Shown: piece by piece, positions 1 through 9,370 of the stretch
How positions within the stretch are numbered: position 1 is the stretch's first letter
How the letters are laid out: every line of letters begins with the position of its first letter
From: a phage
Direction: 5' to 3' (one strand)
Sequence record: PZ386961.1
DNA: 64,000 bases
Program-made: the position numbers and the translations under genes
Notes under the pieces: generated by a model
The model's input: the letters and a program-made list of their open reading frames with translations, nothing else
Database searches by the model: none
Told to the model about the DNA's origin: nothing

Positions 1-2097
1 CTTCTTAGCTTTTGCGTAGTCAACATAGAAATCTGAAGAGATAGCTTGACCAGTGAACTTTTGAACAATTGCATAACAATCAATCAGGTCAAAGGTGTCA
101 ATACCCCAAGCAATTTCATATACATACTTCAACTCTTCATAATCTGGAACAATAAACAACACGTTACCAGTTGCAGACTTTTTAGTTAAAATAAAGTCAC
201 GAATTGGGTACAAGCCATTTGTCGTATTAGTTGCTAGTGAAGAACTCTCATTAGGCATGTAAGCTTCTAATACAGAGTTTCGGATTCCACCATTCTCTTT
301 GATACGTTGTGCTAAGTCATCCCAATCATATCGTAGTTTCGCATCATGCTTTTCATCAATCTTCTTGTTAGCTGTCTTTGGAGGAACCCACCCTTCAGGA
401 TACTTAGTGAACTGCATATACTCAGGTACACCACGTTCTTTAGCAAGTCTCAAAGAAGCTTCGTGTAAGTAGTAAGAGTGCATTTCAGCAAGCTCATGAA
501 GCTTCGTCTTACCCGCTCTTGAAGAATAGTTCACGTAGTTCTTCGCAAGGTAATGAGCCACATTTGTAAGGCCAATCCCAACAGAACGACGCTTCTGAAC
601 ATGGTTACGCATCGACGGATACGGATAATCCATAAGGTCAATAACGGAGTCAACCATTGCAAGAGCATAATAAGCAACGTCAGCGTATTCATCTTCTGAA
701 ATTCTCCCTGCAACCAAACTAGCTAGGAAGCAAAGAGCCACCTCACCATCCTCTTTCACAGCATCGTCTCTGTAAAGGTCTGTCTCTTTCTCAAAACCAT
801 ACACTGGCAATACAATTTCCATACAAAGATTTGACATCTTCAATGGTTCTTTAAATGGTGTATGTGTGTTTGCATTGTTAGTGAAGAATGGATACACACG
901 ACCTGTAGCATAACGCTGTTGAATAAACAGCTTAGCAATTTCACGAGCCTTGACTCGTCTGTGTTTAACACCTGAATGTACTGCATGACCAACTGCCATA
1001 GCAAACTCATCAGCAGATGCTGTGTAGAACATGTCATAGAGTTTTGGTGCATCTTTGTAAGAGAATAGCAACCAATCTGTATCATACTGAACACACTGCC
1101 AGAAATAATCGTTTGTGCCGAATGAGTAGTCCATCTCATTAATACGTTTAGAAGGAACCGTTGTAGGGTGCTTCAAACGCAGTAAATCTTCAATCTGCGG
1201 GTCTAGAGCAGTGTAGAAGTTATTAGCTGAACCACCACGACTCTTCTGTTTGTTTGCCTCTACAGATGAACGTACAAGCTTGTAATAAGGTAGCTTACCC
1301 ATGTGCTCAATAGTATTTTGACGGATACCATCACCAATAGTGCGAGTCTCCATCAGCATACCAATACCAGCTTGCTTTGTAGTCATGTCATAAGCAATCT
1401 TTGCAGCAATACCAAGTGATTCAGCAGTATCATTTGCCTTAATCAAACAGCATGACGCATAGCCTGATTTAGTTGCTCTTAAACCGTTTAAATAAGGCGT
1501 AGGAGCGTTAATCTTCAGGTCAGATAGGTAAGTGTACAGCTTGATAACATCTTGCAGTCTACGGTGCTTTGGTTGCTTCTCAAAGGCTTTCATAGCCATA
1601 CCCATAAACATAAATTGAGGTGACTCAAAAAGTCTTCCAGTTTTAATATCACGGATACCATACTTGTCTCTGAACTGTTTCAATACTGCATAGCCGTAAG
1701 AGATATCTTTTGAGTGTACGATGTAACCTTGCAGATATTCAAGCTCTTCCTGTGAATAATCCATCTTCTCCCAAAGTCCTGCTCTCTCCATATTTTTAAC
1801 GAAGGTAATCAGTGTAGGAACCTTAGTAAAGCCTCCAAAGGCTTCTTTGTAGATAATACCCAGAAGTAGCCGTCCAGCCATATCTGAGTACTCTTGAGTT
1901 TGTTTATCAACACAAACATCAATCATGGCTTGGTGCATCTCTTTTGTGGTGCAACCTTCATAGACACGTTTCATAGCTTCCATAGTGACTTCTGACCAGA
2001 TAATTCCACGCTTATCTGCCCATGATGCCCATTTATTCAGTCTTTCTGGGTCAAAGCTTACTACTGTACCGTTTGATTTTTTAATTGTCTTAATCAT
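1..2097 (-). CDS. nrdA: ribonucleotide reductase class Ia large subunit (partial; C-terminus lies beyond window start)
   Basis: Own translation of minus strand: ATG at 2095-2097, N-terminal ATP-cone-like region, NLCMEI active-site motif; frame open to position 1 (absent from ORF track because edge-truncated). Confidence 0.85.
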   Translation of the reverse strand, partial: MIKTIKKSNGTVVSFDPERLNKWASWADKRGIIWSEVTMEAMKRVYEGCTTKEMHQAMIDVCVDKQTQEYSDMAGRLLLGIIYKEAFGGFTKVPTLITFVKNMERAGLWEKMDYSQEELEYLQGYIVHSKDISYGYAVLKQFRDKYGIRDIKTGRLFESPQFMFMGMAMKAFEKQPKHRRLQDVIKLYTYLSDLKINAPTPYLNGLRATKSGYASCCLIKANDTAESLGIAAKIAYDMTTKQAGIGMLMETRTIGDGIRQNTIEHMGKLPYYKLVRSSVEANKQKSRGGSANNFYTALDPQIEDLLRLKHPTTVPSKRINEMDYSFGTNDYFWQCVQYDTDWLLFSYKDAPKLYDMFYTASADEFAMAVGHAVHSGVKHRRVKAREIAKLFIQQRYATGRVYPFFTNNANTHTPFKEPLKMSNLCMEIVLPVYGFEKETDLYRDDAVKEDGEVALCFLASLVAGRISEDEYADVAYYALAMVDSVIDLMDYPYPSMRNHVQKRRSVGIGLTNVAHYLAKNYVNYSSRAGKTKLHELAEMHSYYLHEASLRLAKERGVPEYMQFTKYPEGWVPPKTANKKIDEKHDAKLRYDWDDLAQRIKENGGIRNSVLEAYMPNESSSLATNTTNGLYPIRDFILTKKSATGNVLFIVPDYEELKYVYEIAWGIDTFDLIDCYAIVQKFTGQAISSDFYVDYAKAKK

Positions 2098-2111
2098 TTT
2101 TAAATCCTACA

Positions 2112-2137
2112 GATGAAAAGAGCCTCCGAAGAGGCTC
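2112..2137 (-). terminator. rho-independent terminator (GC hairpin gagcctc-cgaa-gaggctc plus T-run)
   Basis: Perfect 7-bp GC stem with 4-nt loop followed by T-run on minus strand, directly downstream of stop of 2144..2479. Confidence 0.6.
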
Positions 2138-2143
2138 CCTAGT

Positions 2144-2479
2144 TTAAATCTTGAAAATTTGCTCATTCTGCCACATATCGTAAAACTTATCGCTTACCTT
2201 TGTGACTGATGAAGTGTGCATACAATTCAGGAACCACGATGATGTGTTGCCATTCATAATTGCTTCAAGCTCTTGTGTAGTGTTCTCATCCATGTCTGCA
2301 ACAACGTAATTACCTCGCATCTTGCAAACAATTCTTCCAAACAAGATTGCACTTCTGCCTCTTCGGTCGTCGCAGTACATAACTGTATCCCCGTGCTTGA
2401 TATCTTGTCCGATACTGTCAACACCTAACTTAGCACCTGAGATGATGTCATCATAAGATAGCTTTTTTGTTTTAGACAC
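2144..2479 (-). CDS. hypothetical protein
   Basis: 111-aa ORF in co-directional operon, followed by terminator. Confidence 0.5.
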   Translation of the reverse strand: MSKTKKLSYDDIISGAKLGVDSIGQDIKHGDTVMYCDDRRGRSAILFGRIVCKMRGNYVVADMDENTTQELEAIMNGNTSSWFLNCMHTSSVTKVSDKFYDMWQNEQIFKI

Positions 2480-2804
2480 GGTATTTCTCCAAGTTTCTTT
2501 TTAGGTACAACCAACCATAGTCAGTCCTTTCTACACCCATAAAGAGTGGAGCCATCACAACTTTACCAAAAGTGTTCCTGTGTTGGCAGATTTCAAAAGA
2601 ATACTCTTTCTCAATATCAATCCCGTATTTGTACAGGACTGCTTTTAAAACTTGTTCATTGTCCAGAAGTGTATCTGGAGTCTCACCATACTTCTCAAGT
2701 AACGGGTCATTCATAAACACCGTCATAGAAATATTATAGTTTGAGAAGTGGCTCTTCTGAGCCACACCTTCTTTATTAATGTTCTGTGAATCCATTATAA
2801 CCAA
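2472..2804 (-). CDS. hypothetical protein
   Basis: 110-aa ORF, short overlap with neighbours typical of phage operons. Confidence 0.5.
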   Translation of the reverse strand: MVIMDSQNINKEGVAQKSHFSNYNISMTVFMNDPLLEKYGETPDTLLDNEQVLKAVLYKYGIDIEKEYSFEICQHRNTFGKVVMAPLFMGVERTDYGWLYLKRNLEKYRV

Positions 2805-3531
2805 CCCCTTTTAACCAGCACTTCAGGTTATTAGCATCATAATTCAGTTTCGGGTATGAGGTTACATGGAACTGCTCACCATCATAGTAGACAATATCTG
2901 CAATCCATAGTCCGTTCTCTTTACAGAAATCTTTATCTGCTTTAGAGGTAATTGGATTAACTTCTACAAAACCATCTACACCCAAATCCTTTAAGCTACC
3001 TACAATACCTTTGCAGATAACGCATGTCTCAGATACTACCACAAAAAGTTCTTGGCTTTCAAGTTCTACAATGTATTCACCAAGCTGTACTTTTGGGAGA
3101 TTCGATTGCTTCATAATCTTCCCATCGGCTACACGAACAATTGCGTACCACTCTTTACCATCAACTACTGACATTCTGACAATACAATCTTGACCAGTAC
3201 GCTTCTCAATATCTGCAAGACGTTTTAAAGCTTCTTCATAATCGTCTGTGTATTTCAGGTCATTATTATGGCAAACAGCTTTCATAGCACCGTTATGGTC
3301 ATGTTGTGACAGGTAAATCAAACCGTCAAGAACATATTGCAAATCTGCCTGAGCATCCAGTGTCTCAATGGGGTCTTTCTCTTCAATTGCTTTTACAAGC
3401 TCTTTTGCTTCTTCAAGCATACACAGAGATTGAGATTTCAAAGACTCCCAATACTCATTACTGTATGGTTGTTTTTGAGTTTTTCCGCAACGAAGATTCC
3501 AGTTTTTTACTGATTCTCTTGAGTTAAACAT
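2776..3531 (-). CDS. putative nucleotide pyrophosphohydrolase (MazG-like N-terminal domain) fused to unknown C-terminal domain
   Basis: N-terminal acidic helix pattern LEEAKELVKAIEE...DAQADLQYV resembling MazG/HisE EExxE..D motifs; context next to RNR. Confidence 0.4.
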   Translation of the reverse strand: MFNSRESVKNWNLRCGKTQKQPYSNEYWESLKSQSLCMLEEAKELVKAIEEKDPIETLDAQADLQYVLDGLIYLSQHDHNGAMKAVCHNNDLKYTDDYEEALKRLADIEKRTGQDCIVRMSVVDGKEWYAIVRVADGKIMKQSNLPKVQLGEYIVELESQELFVVVSETCVICKGIVGSLKDLGVDGFVEVNPITSKADKDFCKENGLWIADIVYYDGEQFHVTSYPKLNYDANNLKCWLKGVGYNGFTEH

Positions 3532-3770
3532 TCGGACTCCTTAAAATATCTGTTAACCTTTAGCTCTCGTGTTTCAATATATTCCAGATGTTCACGTAGC
3601 TCTTGGCGTTTAAGCATTAGGTGCTGCATTTGAGATTCAACAGCTTCAACTTCTTTAATTATCGACTCTCTAGCATTTGCAAGAATGCGCTCAAGTTCTT
3701 CAATCTTACTGTCAACTTTTGCTACATGACTCACAGCTTTACTTTTGTTAAACATTTTATTCTCTCTCAA
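3507..3770 (-). CDS. hypothetical coiled-coil protein
   Basis: 87-aa ORF, heptad-like charged sequence. Confidence 0.4.
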   Translation of the reverse strand: MRENKMFNKSKAVSHVAKVDSKIEELERILANARESIIKEVEAVESQMQHLMLKRQELREHLEYIETRELKVNRYFKESECLTQENQ

Positions 3771-3776
3771 TAGTTA

Positions 3777-4277
3777 TCAAGCACAATTTGCTTTCATTAC
3801 CTTATGGATTCTTTTTTCAGCATCTTCATAAGTTTCTTTGGTAATAAACTTAATTGCTGCAATATTGGCATTGTAGAAGAGTCTGAGCTTAGAGTCAATC
3901 CTTTTTGTCATTACATCGAATTTATGTTGGAGGTTTGCTTCACCATAAACTAGACCACCTTTTGTGTAGTAGGTTTGAATAATGTAAAAGTCAAAAAATT
4001 CTTTTCCAAAGCTCTCAATATCTTTTTTAATATACTCAGAAGAAGTTTCATAAGTCATCCAATCACTCTCCTTAGTGACTACCTTCTTCCGAGTCTTGCC
4101 AGCAACTTTTCTTTTAGTCACACTATTAAGCTGTTTCTTACCCAAATAGTACTGTCCAGTCTTTTTGCAGTACACTAGGTAGACAAAACCAAAGTGCTTT
4201 GCTGGGTCAACTTCACCACATAGTGAAACCCAATGTCCATATTCAGGGCAATTGCCAAAACCTTTTATTTTTCTCAT
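3777..4277 (-). CDS. putative GIY-YIG-like endonuclease
   Basis: Motif FVYLVYCKKTGQYYLGKK resembles GIY-(10 aa)-YIG; adjacent to HNH endonuclease gene. Confidence 0.35.
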   Translation of the reverse strand: MRKIKGFGNCPEYGHWVSLCGEVDPAKHFGFVYLVYCKKTGQYYLGKKQLNSVTKRKVAGKTRKKVVTKESDWMTYETSSEYIKKDIESFGKEFFDFYIIQTYYTKGGLVYGEANLQHKFDVMTKRIDSKLRLFYNANIAAIKFITKETYEDAEKRIHKVMKANCA

Positions 4278-4789
4278 TCATCACCTTTATTAGCAAACTC
4301 TTTGTGTAAACGTTGACGTTCCCTATTTACAACCTCTGCTGCTTCATCAATAGTGTCATAGTTGCCGAAGAAGTAGACCCTCTTCTTAAAAGTTATCTGT
4401 GTAGACCACTTACCATACTGTTTTTTGTAGTACACACCTTTAACACCTGATTTATTGTTCTTATTGAGCAACCTATTGCATTGGTTCTCTGATAACGTAC
4501 ATGCCCTAAGATTTACCCAGCGATTGTCTAGTGTTACATGATTTTTATGGTCAACACACTCAGGTAGGTATCCATCCATATACAGAACGGCTAGGGTATG
4601 TGCATAATAGCCCTTACCAAACAAATAAATTCTGGTATACCCTCTTAAGTTTGTACCTGCAACAGAGCCAATTTTTGTGTGTCTAGCAGATTTCTTAATC
4701 CAAGTAAAGACCCCTGTTTCGGGGTCATAATGTAGGTACTCTTTAAGAGTTTGTTGAGTTAACATTTGGTGTCCACCCATACTTATCAA
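4274..4789 (-). CDS. HNH homing endonuclease with AP2-like DNA-binding domain
   Basis: HNH motif region VDHKNHVTLDNRWVNLRACTLSEN plus C-terminal AP2-like YGKWSTQITF...FGNYDT..EAA; paralog of 14338..14841. Confidence 0.75.
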   Translation of the reverse strand: MISMGGHQMLTQQTLKEYLHYDPETGVFTWIKKSARHTKIGSVAGTNLRGYTRIYLFGKGYYAHTLAVLYMDGYLPECVDHKNHVTLDNRWVNLRACTLSENQCNRLLNKNNKSGVKGVYYKKQYGKWSTQITFKKRVYFFGNYDTIDEAAEVVNRERQRLHKEFANKGDE

Positions 4790-5789
4790 AAGTAAAATCG
4801 TCTTTCTTATTTCTTTCCTGATAAGCTAAGAAGAAGTGTTGCTGCATTAGTTCTAAAGGTGTTCTGGTAATTGTTTGACCATCCCACGAGACATAAGTGT
4901 AGGACTCTTTCTTAGCATAAAGTTCATAGATTGCATCAAGACACTCTTTGTAAGTAGTTTTACCTTCAAGGGCTTTCATTACAGCAACCTTACCAACGCC
5001 CTTTAAACCAAAATAGTTATCTGCATTATCACCAGCCACAGCTTGATAACAAAGAAATTTAAAACCTACACCAACTGTCTTCTTAGCTTTTGGTGTTGAT
5101 TTTATTGGGCAATCCCAAATTTCACCAACGTTGTTATCAGCAATAAAAATTAAAGGTGATTTTTCATAGGTCATATCAATGCAGTAAGTACCTTCAGCTT
5201 GTCGAAGGTCTTTATCAATACTCATTAAGGCAGCCTTTTTACCCATCTTTTCAGCTTTAGCAATAACGATAGAGTCAGCTTCAAATCCATCAAGAATTAA
5301 TTTGAACTCTGGTCTTGACAGAAGGTATTCACGACAAGCGACTAAGTGTGTTGGTGTGACAGCATCTTTACGATTACCTTGATATTGGTGCTCAAGACCT
5401 TTAATGTCTTTATGTTTATGCACACCCTTCTCTGTTAAATAACCTACCCAAGTTCTTTCTTTACCAACAATCTTAAGCCATTCCTGAAGCACCTGTTGAG
5501 TAGCCATGATAGCTTCTTTTTCACTCTTAGCTTCTTTCCAAGTTTGTCTTTCCCATTCATCTTCATCAAATGTCAGGCCAAGCTCTTCCACAAGGATTCT
5601 CTGGTCTGCTAACCATCTTGCAGCATCTTTCGCATTATCAAATGGTTCAGATTCTTCTGCTGTAAGTTTATTGACGTATTTATATTTTGCTTTCTCAACT
5701 ACACAAGAACCTTTATAGGCAATACTGTCAGAGTCAATAAAAACATGTGTAACTGAATCGGGAAGTTTTGTTAATGTGTACTTCTCCAT
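4743..5789 (-). CDS. 5'-3' exonuclease / flap endonuclease (T7 gp6-like)
   Basis: FIDSDSIAY N-terminal acidic motif, SIDKDLRQ and GDNADNYFGLKGVGKV motifs match layout of T7 exonuclease. Confidence 0.7.
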   Translation of the reverse strand: MEKYTLTKLPDSVTHVFIDSDSIAYKGSCVVEKAKYKYVNKLTAEESEPFDNAKDAARWLADQRILVEELGLTFDEDEWERQTWKEAKSEKEAIMATQQVLQEWLKIVGKERTWVGYLTEKGVHKHKDIKGLEHQYQGNRKDAVTPTHLVACREYLLSRPEFKLILDGFEADSIVIAKAEKMGKKAALMSIDKDLRQAEGTYCIDMTYEKSPLIFIADNNVGEIWDCPIKSTPKAKKTVGVGFKFLCYQAVAGDNADNYFGLKGVGKVAVMKALEGKTTYKECLDAIYELYAKKESYTYVSWDGQTITRTPLELMQQHFFLAYQERNKKDDFTFDKYGWTPNVNSTNS

Positions 5790-5851
5790 TATGGCTCTCC
5801 ATATGAAAAAGCCCCATACTAAGTACAGGGCTTTAAAGTAACTTTTAGAGA

Positions 5852-6709
5852 TTAGTCTTCTGTATCGAAGTCTTCATCTTCTTCGTCATCTGGGTCTGGC
5901 AAATCTTCATCATCACCATCATCAGAATCATTCGAAGGTTTGTGGTCTTTTGCATCTTCTTCAGTGATTTCACCGTTATCTTCGACACCATCAAGACCAA
6001 GCATAGCCAGTTCATCTTCATCCAGTTCAGGTTCACCGTTAGCACCGTTACCACCAGTGTAAGGCACAAGAGTATCAATGATAAACTGTTCCTGAATAGG
6101 TTTTGTCAGAACATTGTTCTCAAAAGTATAGAAGTGAGTAGAAAGAATCACACTACCAAAAGAACCGTTACCAACTGCAATATCTGGATGAATTACATCA
6201 TAGTTCTTATCATCTTCATGTTTATCAGATGCTTGAGCTTTGATTTTCTTCATCGGCTGCTTAACAGCTACACGCTTACCATTTACTTCTTCAATAAGCA
6301 TAACAGGGAATGACTGTTTAGCTGTCCATACAGCACCATCTTTATAAGCTGCTGCACGACTTACTTTCAAGATGTAGTAAGTGTCTGCTTCAAAAGGTGG
6401 TTTACAACCAAACTTCTCTTCGAAGTCGTCTGCATCAACTGCTTCAGTAGTAACTTTATCCCAACCTTCTGGGTTTTTCTTAGACTTAGTAAACTCTTTA
6501 AACAGTTTGTTACCGTCTTCTGCCAGAATTGATACGCTGTAGTTACAGTCTTTGCCTGGGAATTTCTTATCAATAGACTTACCTTTTCCCGGACGTGGTG
6601 AAGTGTTCAGGTAATAAAACCAGACATCTTTCAGCAGGTATCGCAGAGTTTGGCGTTCAGTGCCATTGTATTTCTCTACCGGAGCTTTCATTTTAACAAC
6701 TTTAGACAT
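5852..6709 (-). CDS. single-stranded DNA-binding protein (acidic C-terminal tail)
   Basis: 285 aa with highly acidic C-terminus DEDLPDPDDEEDEDFDTED as in T7 gp2.5-type SSBs; sits in replication module. Confidence 0.5.
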   Translation of the reverse strand: MSKVVKMKAPVEKYNGTERQTLRYLLKDVWFYYLNTSPRPGKGKSIDKKFPGKDCNYSVSILAEDGNKLFKEFTKSKKNPEGWDKVTTEAVDADDFEEKFGCKPPFEADTYYILKVSRAAAYKDGAVWTAKQSFPVMLIEEVNGKRVAVKQPMKKIKAQASDKHEDDKNYDVIHPDIAVGNGSFGSVILSTHFYTFENNVLTKPIQEQFIIDTLVPYTGGNGANGEPELDEDELAMLGLDGVEDNGEITEEDAKDHKPSNDSDDGDDEDLPDPDDEEDEDFDTED

Positions 6710-6745
6710 TATTTAAACCTCTATCTCAATTTATGAAGAGTACCA

Positions 6746-6774
6746 ATTCTAGTTTGTTGATACTCTATTGTCAA
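6746..6774 (-). promoter_or_regulatory. sigma70-like promoter TTGACA-N17-TAGAAT
   Basis: Minus-strand reading: TTGACA, 17-nt spacer, TAGAAT; 37 nt upstream of SSB start. Confidence 0.55.
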
Positions 6775-6781
6775 ACATTAA

Positions 6782-6931
6782 TTACTGGAAGTTGTGCTTA
6801 TCTTTAGAAGCTGCTTTACGTGCAGTTTTTCCAGTTCTTACACGCTTCTCTTCATAGTATTTTGCTGGTTTTCCAGCAGTGGCTTTTAAGGAATCCCCAA
6901 AAACTTTTTCAAATGCTTTAGAGTGTTTCAT
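6782..6931 (-). CDS. small basic protein (49 aa), below ORF-track size cutoff
   Basis: ATG overlaps stop of upstream ORF (ATGA coupling); Lys-rich sequence MKHSKAFEKVFGDSLKATAGKPAKYYEEKRVRTGKTARKAASKDKHNFQ. Confidence 0.35.
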   Translation of the reverse strand: MKHSKAFEKVFGDSLKATAGKPAKYYEEKRVRTGKTARKAASKDKHNFQ

Positions 6932-7215
6932 GATATTCTCCGATATACTTGATATTCAAACACATTTTCTTTTATTACAAACAGCCAACCAATATTATGT
7001 TTAGGTATAGTAATAGTGACTGTGATTATGCTGTGATGGAACTTTTCTTCTACCTCAACGCCTCCATCACATTTCATGTAGAGCATTCTATAGAACCTAT
7101 CAACCTTTGTCAAACACTCTTCCTGAAATTCATTTAAACTTTTTTCTTCAAAGAAGGGTATAAGCCCCTCTCTTTTATAACTATCACTCAGTTTCGAATG
7201 GGCAGTCATCTGCAT
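6928..7215 (-). CDS. hypothetical protein
   Basis: 95-aa ORF overlapping primase-helicase 3' end; contains an internal sigma70-like promoter. Confidence 0.35.
   Translation of the reverse strand: MQMTAHSKLSDSYKREGLIPFFEEKSLNEFQEECLTKVDRFYRMLYMKCDGGVEVEEKFHHSIITVTITIPKHNIGWLFVIKENVFEYQVYRRIS
7085..7113 (-). promoter_or_regulatory. sigma70-like promoter TTGACA-N17-TAGAAT (internal to ORF 6928..7215)
   Basis: Minus-strand reading: TTGACA, 17 nt, TAGAAT; same hexamers as promoter at 6746..6774. Confidence 0.5.
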
Positions 7216-9175
7216 CCTCGCTTAATACAGGTGGAATCATTGAGCTTTGACGCTGTTCTTCAGTATAGACTTCACCAGTCTCACGGTCAAACACTTCATC
7301 CTCATAATGAGGTAAAGAGTCGTCATAATGGTCTTCAGCTTCACCAATACCAAACTGTTGACGGATATTTTCTGCTGCACCATCAATGTCAACACCACAC
7401 CCAGAAGCTTTGATAAGACGCCCTGTGTCTGGATTGTACCAAGTATGACCAGCAATACCTGTTGACTTACCATGACGACGACACTTAGTTAACTTTATTT
7501 TTGTCAAGTTTTTCTTAACAGGGTCTGGGTCAACCTTGTTACGCATTAACAGAATGTTGTTCATGGAAATCTGGAAATACGCACCAGAGCCTTTAATATC
7601 CTCTTCAGAGATGTCTCCACCTTCAGAGTTGGCTTTCTGACCACCTGCACTCTTACGAACGTGACAGACGTTAACCTGTGCATACTGGTAGCGTTTGCAA
7701 CGACGCAATAGCTCAGACAAAACTTCCTCTTCATCCGTATCTGAACGTGACAGAGCCAACGTAATAGGGTCAAGAATAATAATCTTACAGTCTAAACTGT
7801 TAACAAGATAGTCAACAAATTCCAGCAGGTTGTCTTGGTCAATCGCCCCTTGATGGTCTACGATGTGGATACGACGACCTTTAGATAGTTCTGCGTGTGC
7901 TTCCTTTAATTCATCCCAATCACGTTCGTCATAAGGAATCTCAGAAATCTGTTTGCTCAGGTGAATTGCACAGAGCATCTCCATCAACTCTTCATAGGTA
8001 TCTTCTACCGGAATTACACCAATATTGTAATCGGTTTCCTTCCAAGCTGAATAAATCATCTCACGAGTGTAAGCTGATTTACCTACTGAAGATGGTGCTG
8101 CCAGAGTTGTAATCTCTCCTAAACCATAACCACCGTAAGTTAGTCTGTTCAAATCCCCGAAAGATTCTGGGAAAGGAATCAAAGGAATCTGACCACGATT
8201 CTTCATTGCCTCAAAACCATCTGCAAAGTTCTTGATACCAGCAGGGCAATAACGAGGTGCGTTGTAGATACGCTGCTTAAATCCTTCCAGAACTGTATCT
8301 TTCTCTTTATAGAACTTTGTCCACCATTCGTTTAGGTCTTTTACACCCTCTGGATACTGGAATAAACGAACCTTCTCAATAGGTAGGATACCAGCAGCCT
8401 CTTTGGTAGCTTTAGCACCTGCTTCATCGTTATCAAAGCACAAGTAAATTTCATCAAATGATGTAATGTACTGATAGTTATCTTTGATAGACTTAATGTT
8501 TGCACCTGACGGAACAGATACGTGACAGTAATTCTTACGACGAGACTTATCTTTAATCGCCAAAGAAGTCATGTAGATTGCTGTCGCACATTCCATCTCA
8601 CCTTCCCAGATGAATAGACGGTTACCACCTTCTGGAGCAATCCATGAGCCGAACATTGCCAGTTCACCTTTAATGTCTCCAACACCACCAGAAAAGTCTT
8701 TTAGCTTACCTCGTAGGTGTTCTTTTGGATGGTCTTCTGGGTAACGGTGACGAACACGGTAGCCAACATGCTCTAGCTTGCCATCTTCATTGCGTTTGTA
8801 AGTTGGGTAGAAATGTGCGTCAATTTCACCGTCACTGTCAATGTCAACCTTGATACCCAAACGCTCAAGAACTTTTGCAGGAATCTTCCTGTCTTTTAAG
8901 TCCATTGCTTCAAGGTTTTCTTTTACATCGTCTAAATCCATTCCACGGAAAGTACGGTTTTTATTGTCTGGACCAGTAGAATAAGTGCTCACGATTTGTC
9001 CTTTATCAAAATCCCACTCTGGGAAACCTTTGTTACAACTAAAGCAAGTCATCGAATAAGAATCATCGTCATGATGATAGATGGAACCAGCATCTGATGA
9101 ACCACAACGTGGACATGCACAATGACCAATAAACTGACCAGCCTCTTTCAATTTACGACCTTTAGACATTAGCAC
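7184..9175 (-). CDS. DNA primase-helicase (T7 gp4-like)
   Basis: N-terminal zinc ribbon CxxC...CxxC, central TOPRIM-like region, C-terminal helicase Walker A APSSVGKS and Walker B IIILDP. Confidence 0.85.
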   Translation of the reverse strand: MLMSKGRKLKEAGQFIGHCACPRCGSSDAGSIYHHDDDSYSMTCFSCNKGFPEWDFDKGQIVSTYSTGPDNKNRTFRGMDLDDVKENLEAMDLKDRKIPAKVLERLGIKVDIDSDGEIDAHFYPTYKRNEDGKLEHVGYRVRHRYPEDHPKEHLRGKLKDFSGGVGDIKGELAMFGSWIAPEGGNRLFIWEGEMECATAIYMTSLAIKDKSRRKNYCHVSVPSGANIKSIKDNYQYITSFDEIYLCFDNDEAGAKATKEAAGILPIEKVRLFQYPEGVKDLNEWWTKFYKEKDTVLEGFKQRIYNAPRYCPAGIKNFADGFEAMKNRGQIPLIPFPESFGDLNRLTYGGYGLGEITTLAAPSSVGKSAYTREMIYSAWKETDYNIGVIPVEDTYEELMEMLCAIHLSKQISEIPYDERDWDELKEAHAELSKGRRIHIVDHQGAIDQDNLLEFVDYLVNSLDCKIIILDPITLALSRSDTDEEEVLSELLRRCKRYQYAQVNVCHVRKSAGGQKANSEGGDISEEDIKGSGAYFQISMNNILLMRNKVDPDPVKKNLTKIKLTKCRRHGKSTGIAGHTWYNPDTGRLIKASGCGVDIDGAAENIRQQFGIGEAEDHYDDSLPHYEDEVFDRETGEVYTEEQRQSSMIPPVLSEDADDCPFETE

Positions 9176-9362
9176 CTCTTCGTTGTAGTTCTGCCTTCAA
9201 TCCATTTTCAATCTTGTCCAGTTCATGAATTTCATCTGCAATCTCTTCCCTTCGTGATTCAACTCTCTTAAGACGTTCAATCATTACCTCATTGGAAAGA
9301 GATGAGAGTTCCACTAAACGGTGGTCAATAACTTTAAAATTGTCTTTTACTCTCATCTTCAT
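9162..9362 (-). CDS. hypothetical coiled-coil protein
   Basis: 66-aa ORF. Confidence 0.4.
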   Translation of the reverse strand: MKMRVKDNFKVIDHRLVELSSLSNEVMIERLKRVESRREEIADEIHELDKIENGLKAELQRRGANV

Positions 9363-9370
9363 TATCTCTT

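Noticed and set aside
5808-5834. Hairpin aaagccc...gggcttt after the SSB gene as a terminator
   Set aside because: The stem is followed by only three T on the minus strand, so termination is doubtful; noted as a possible weak signal only.
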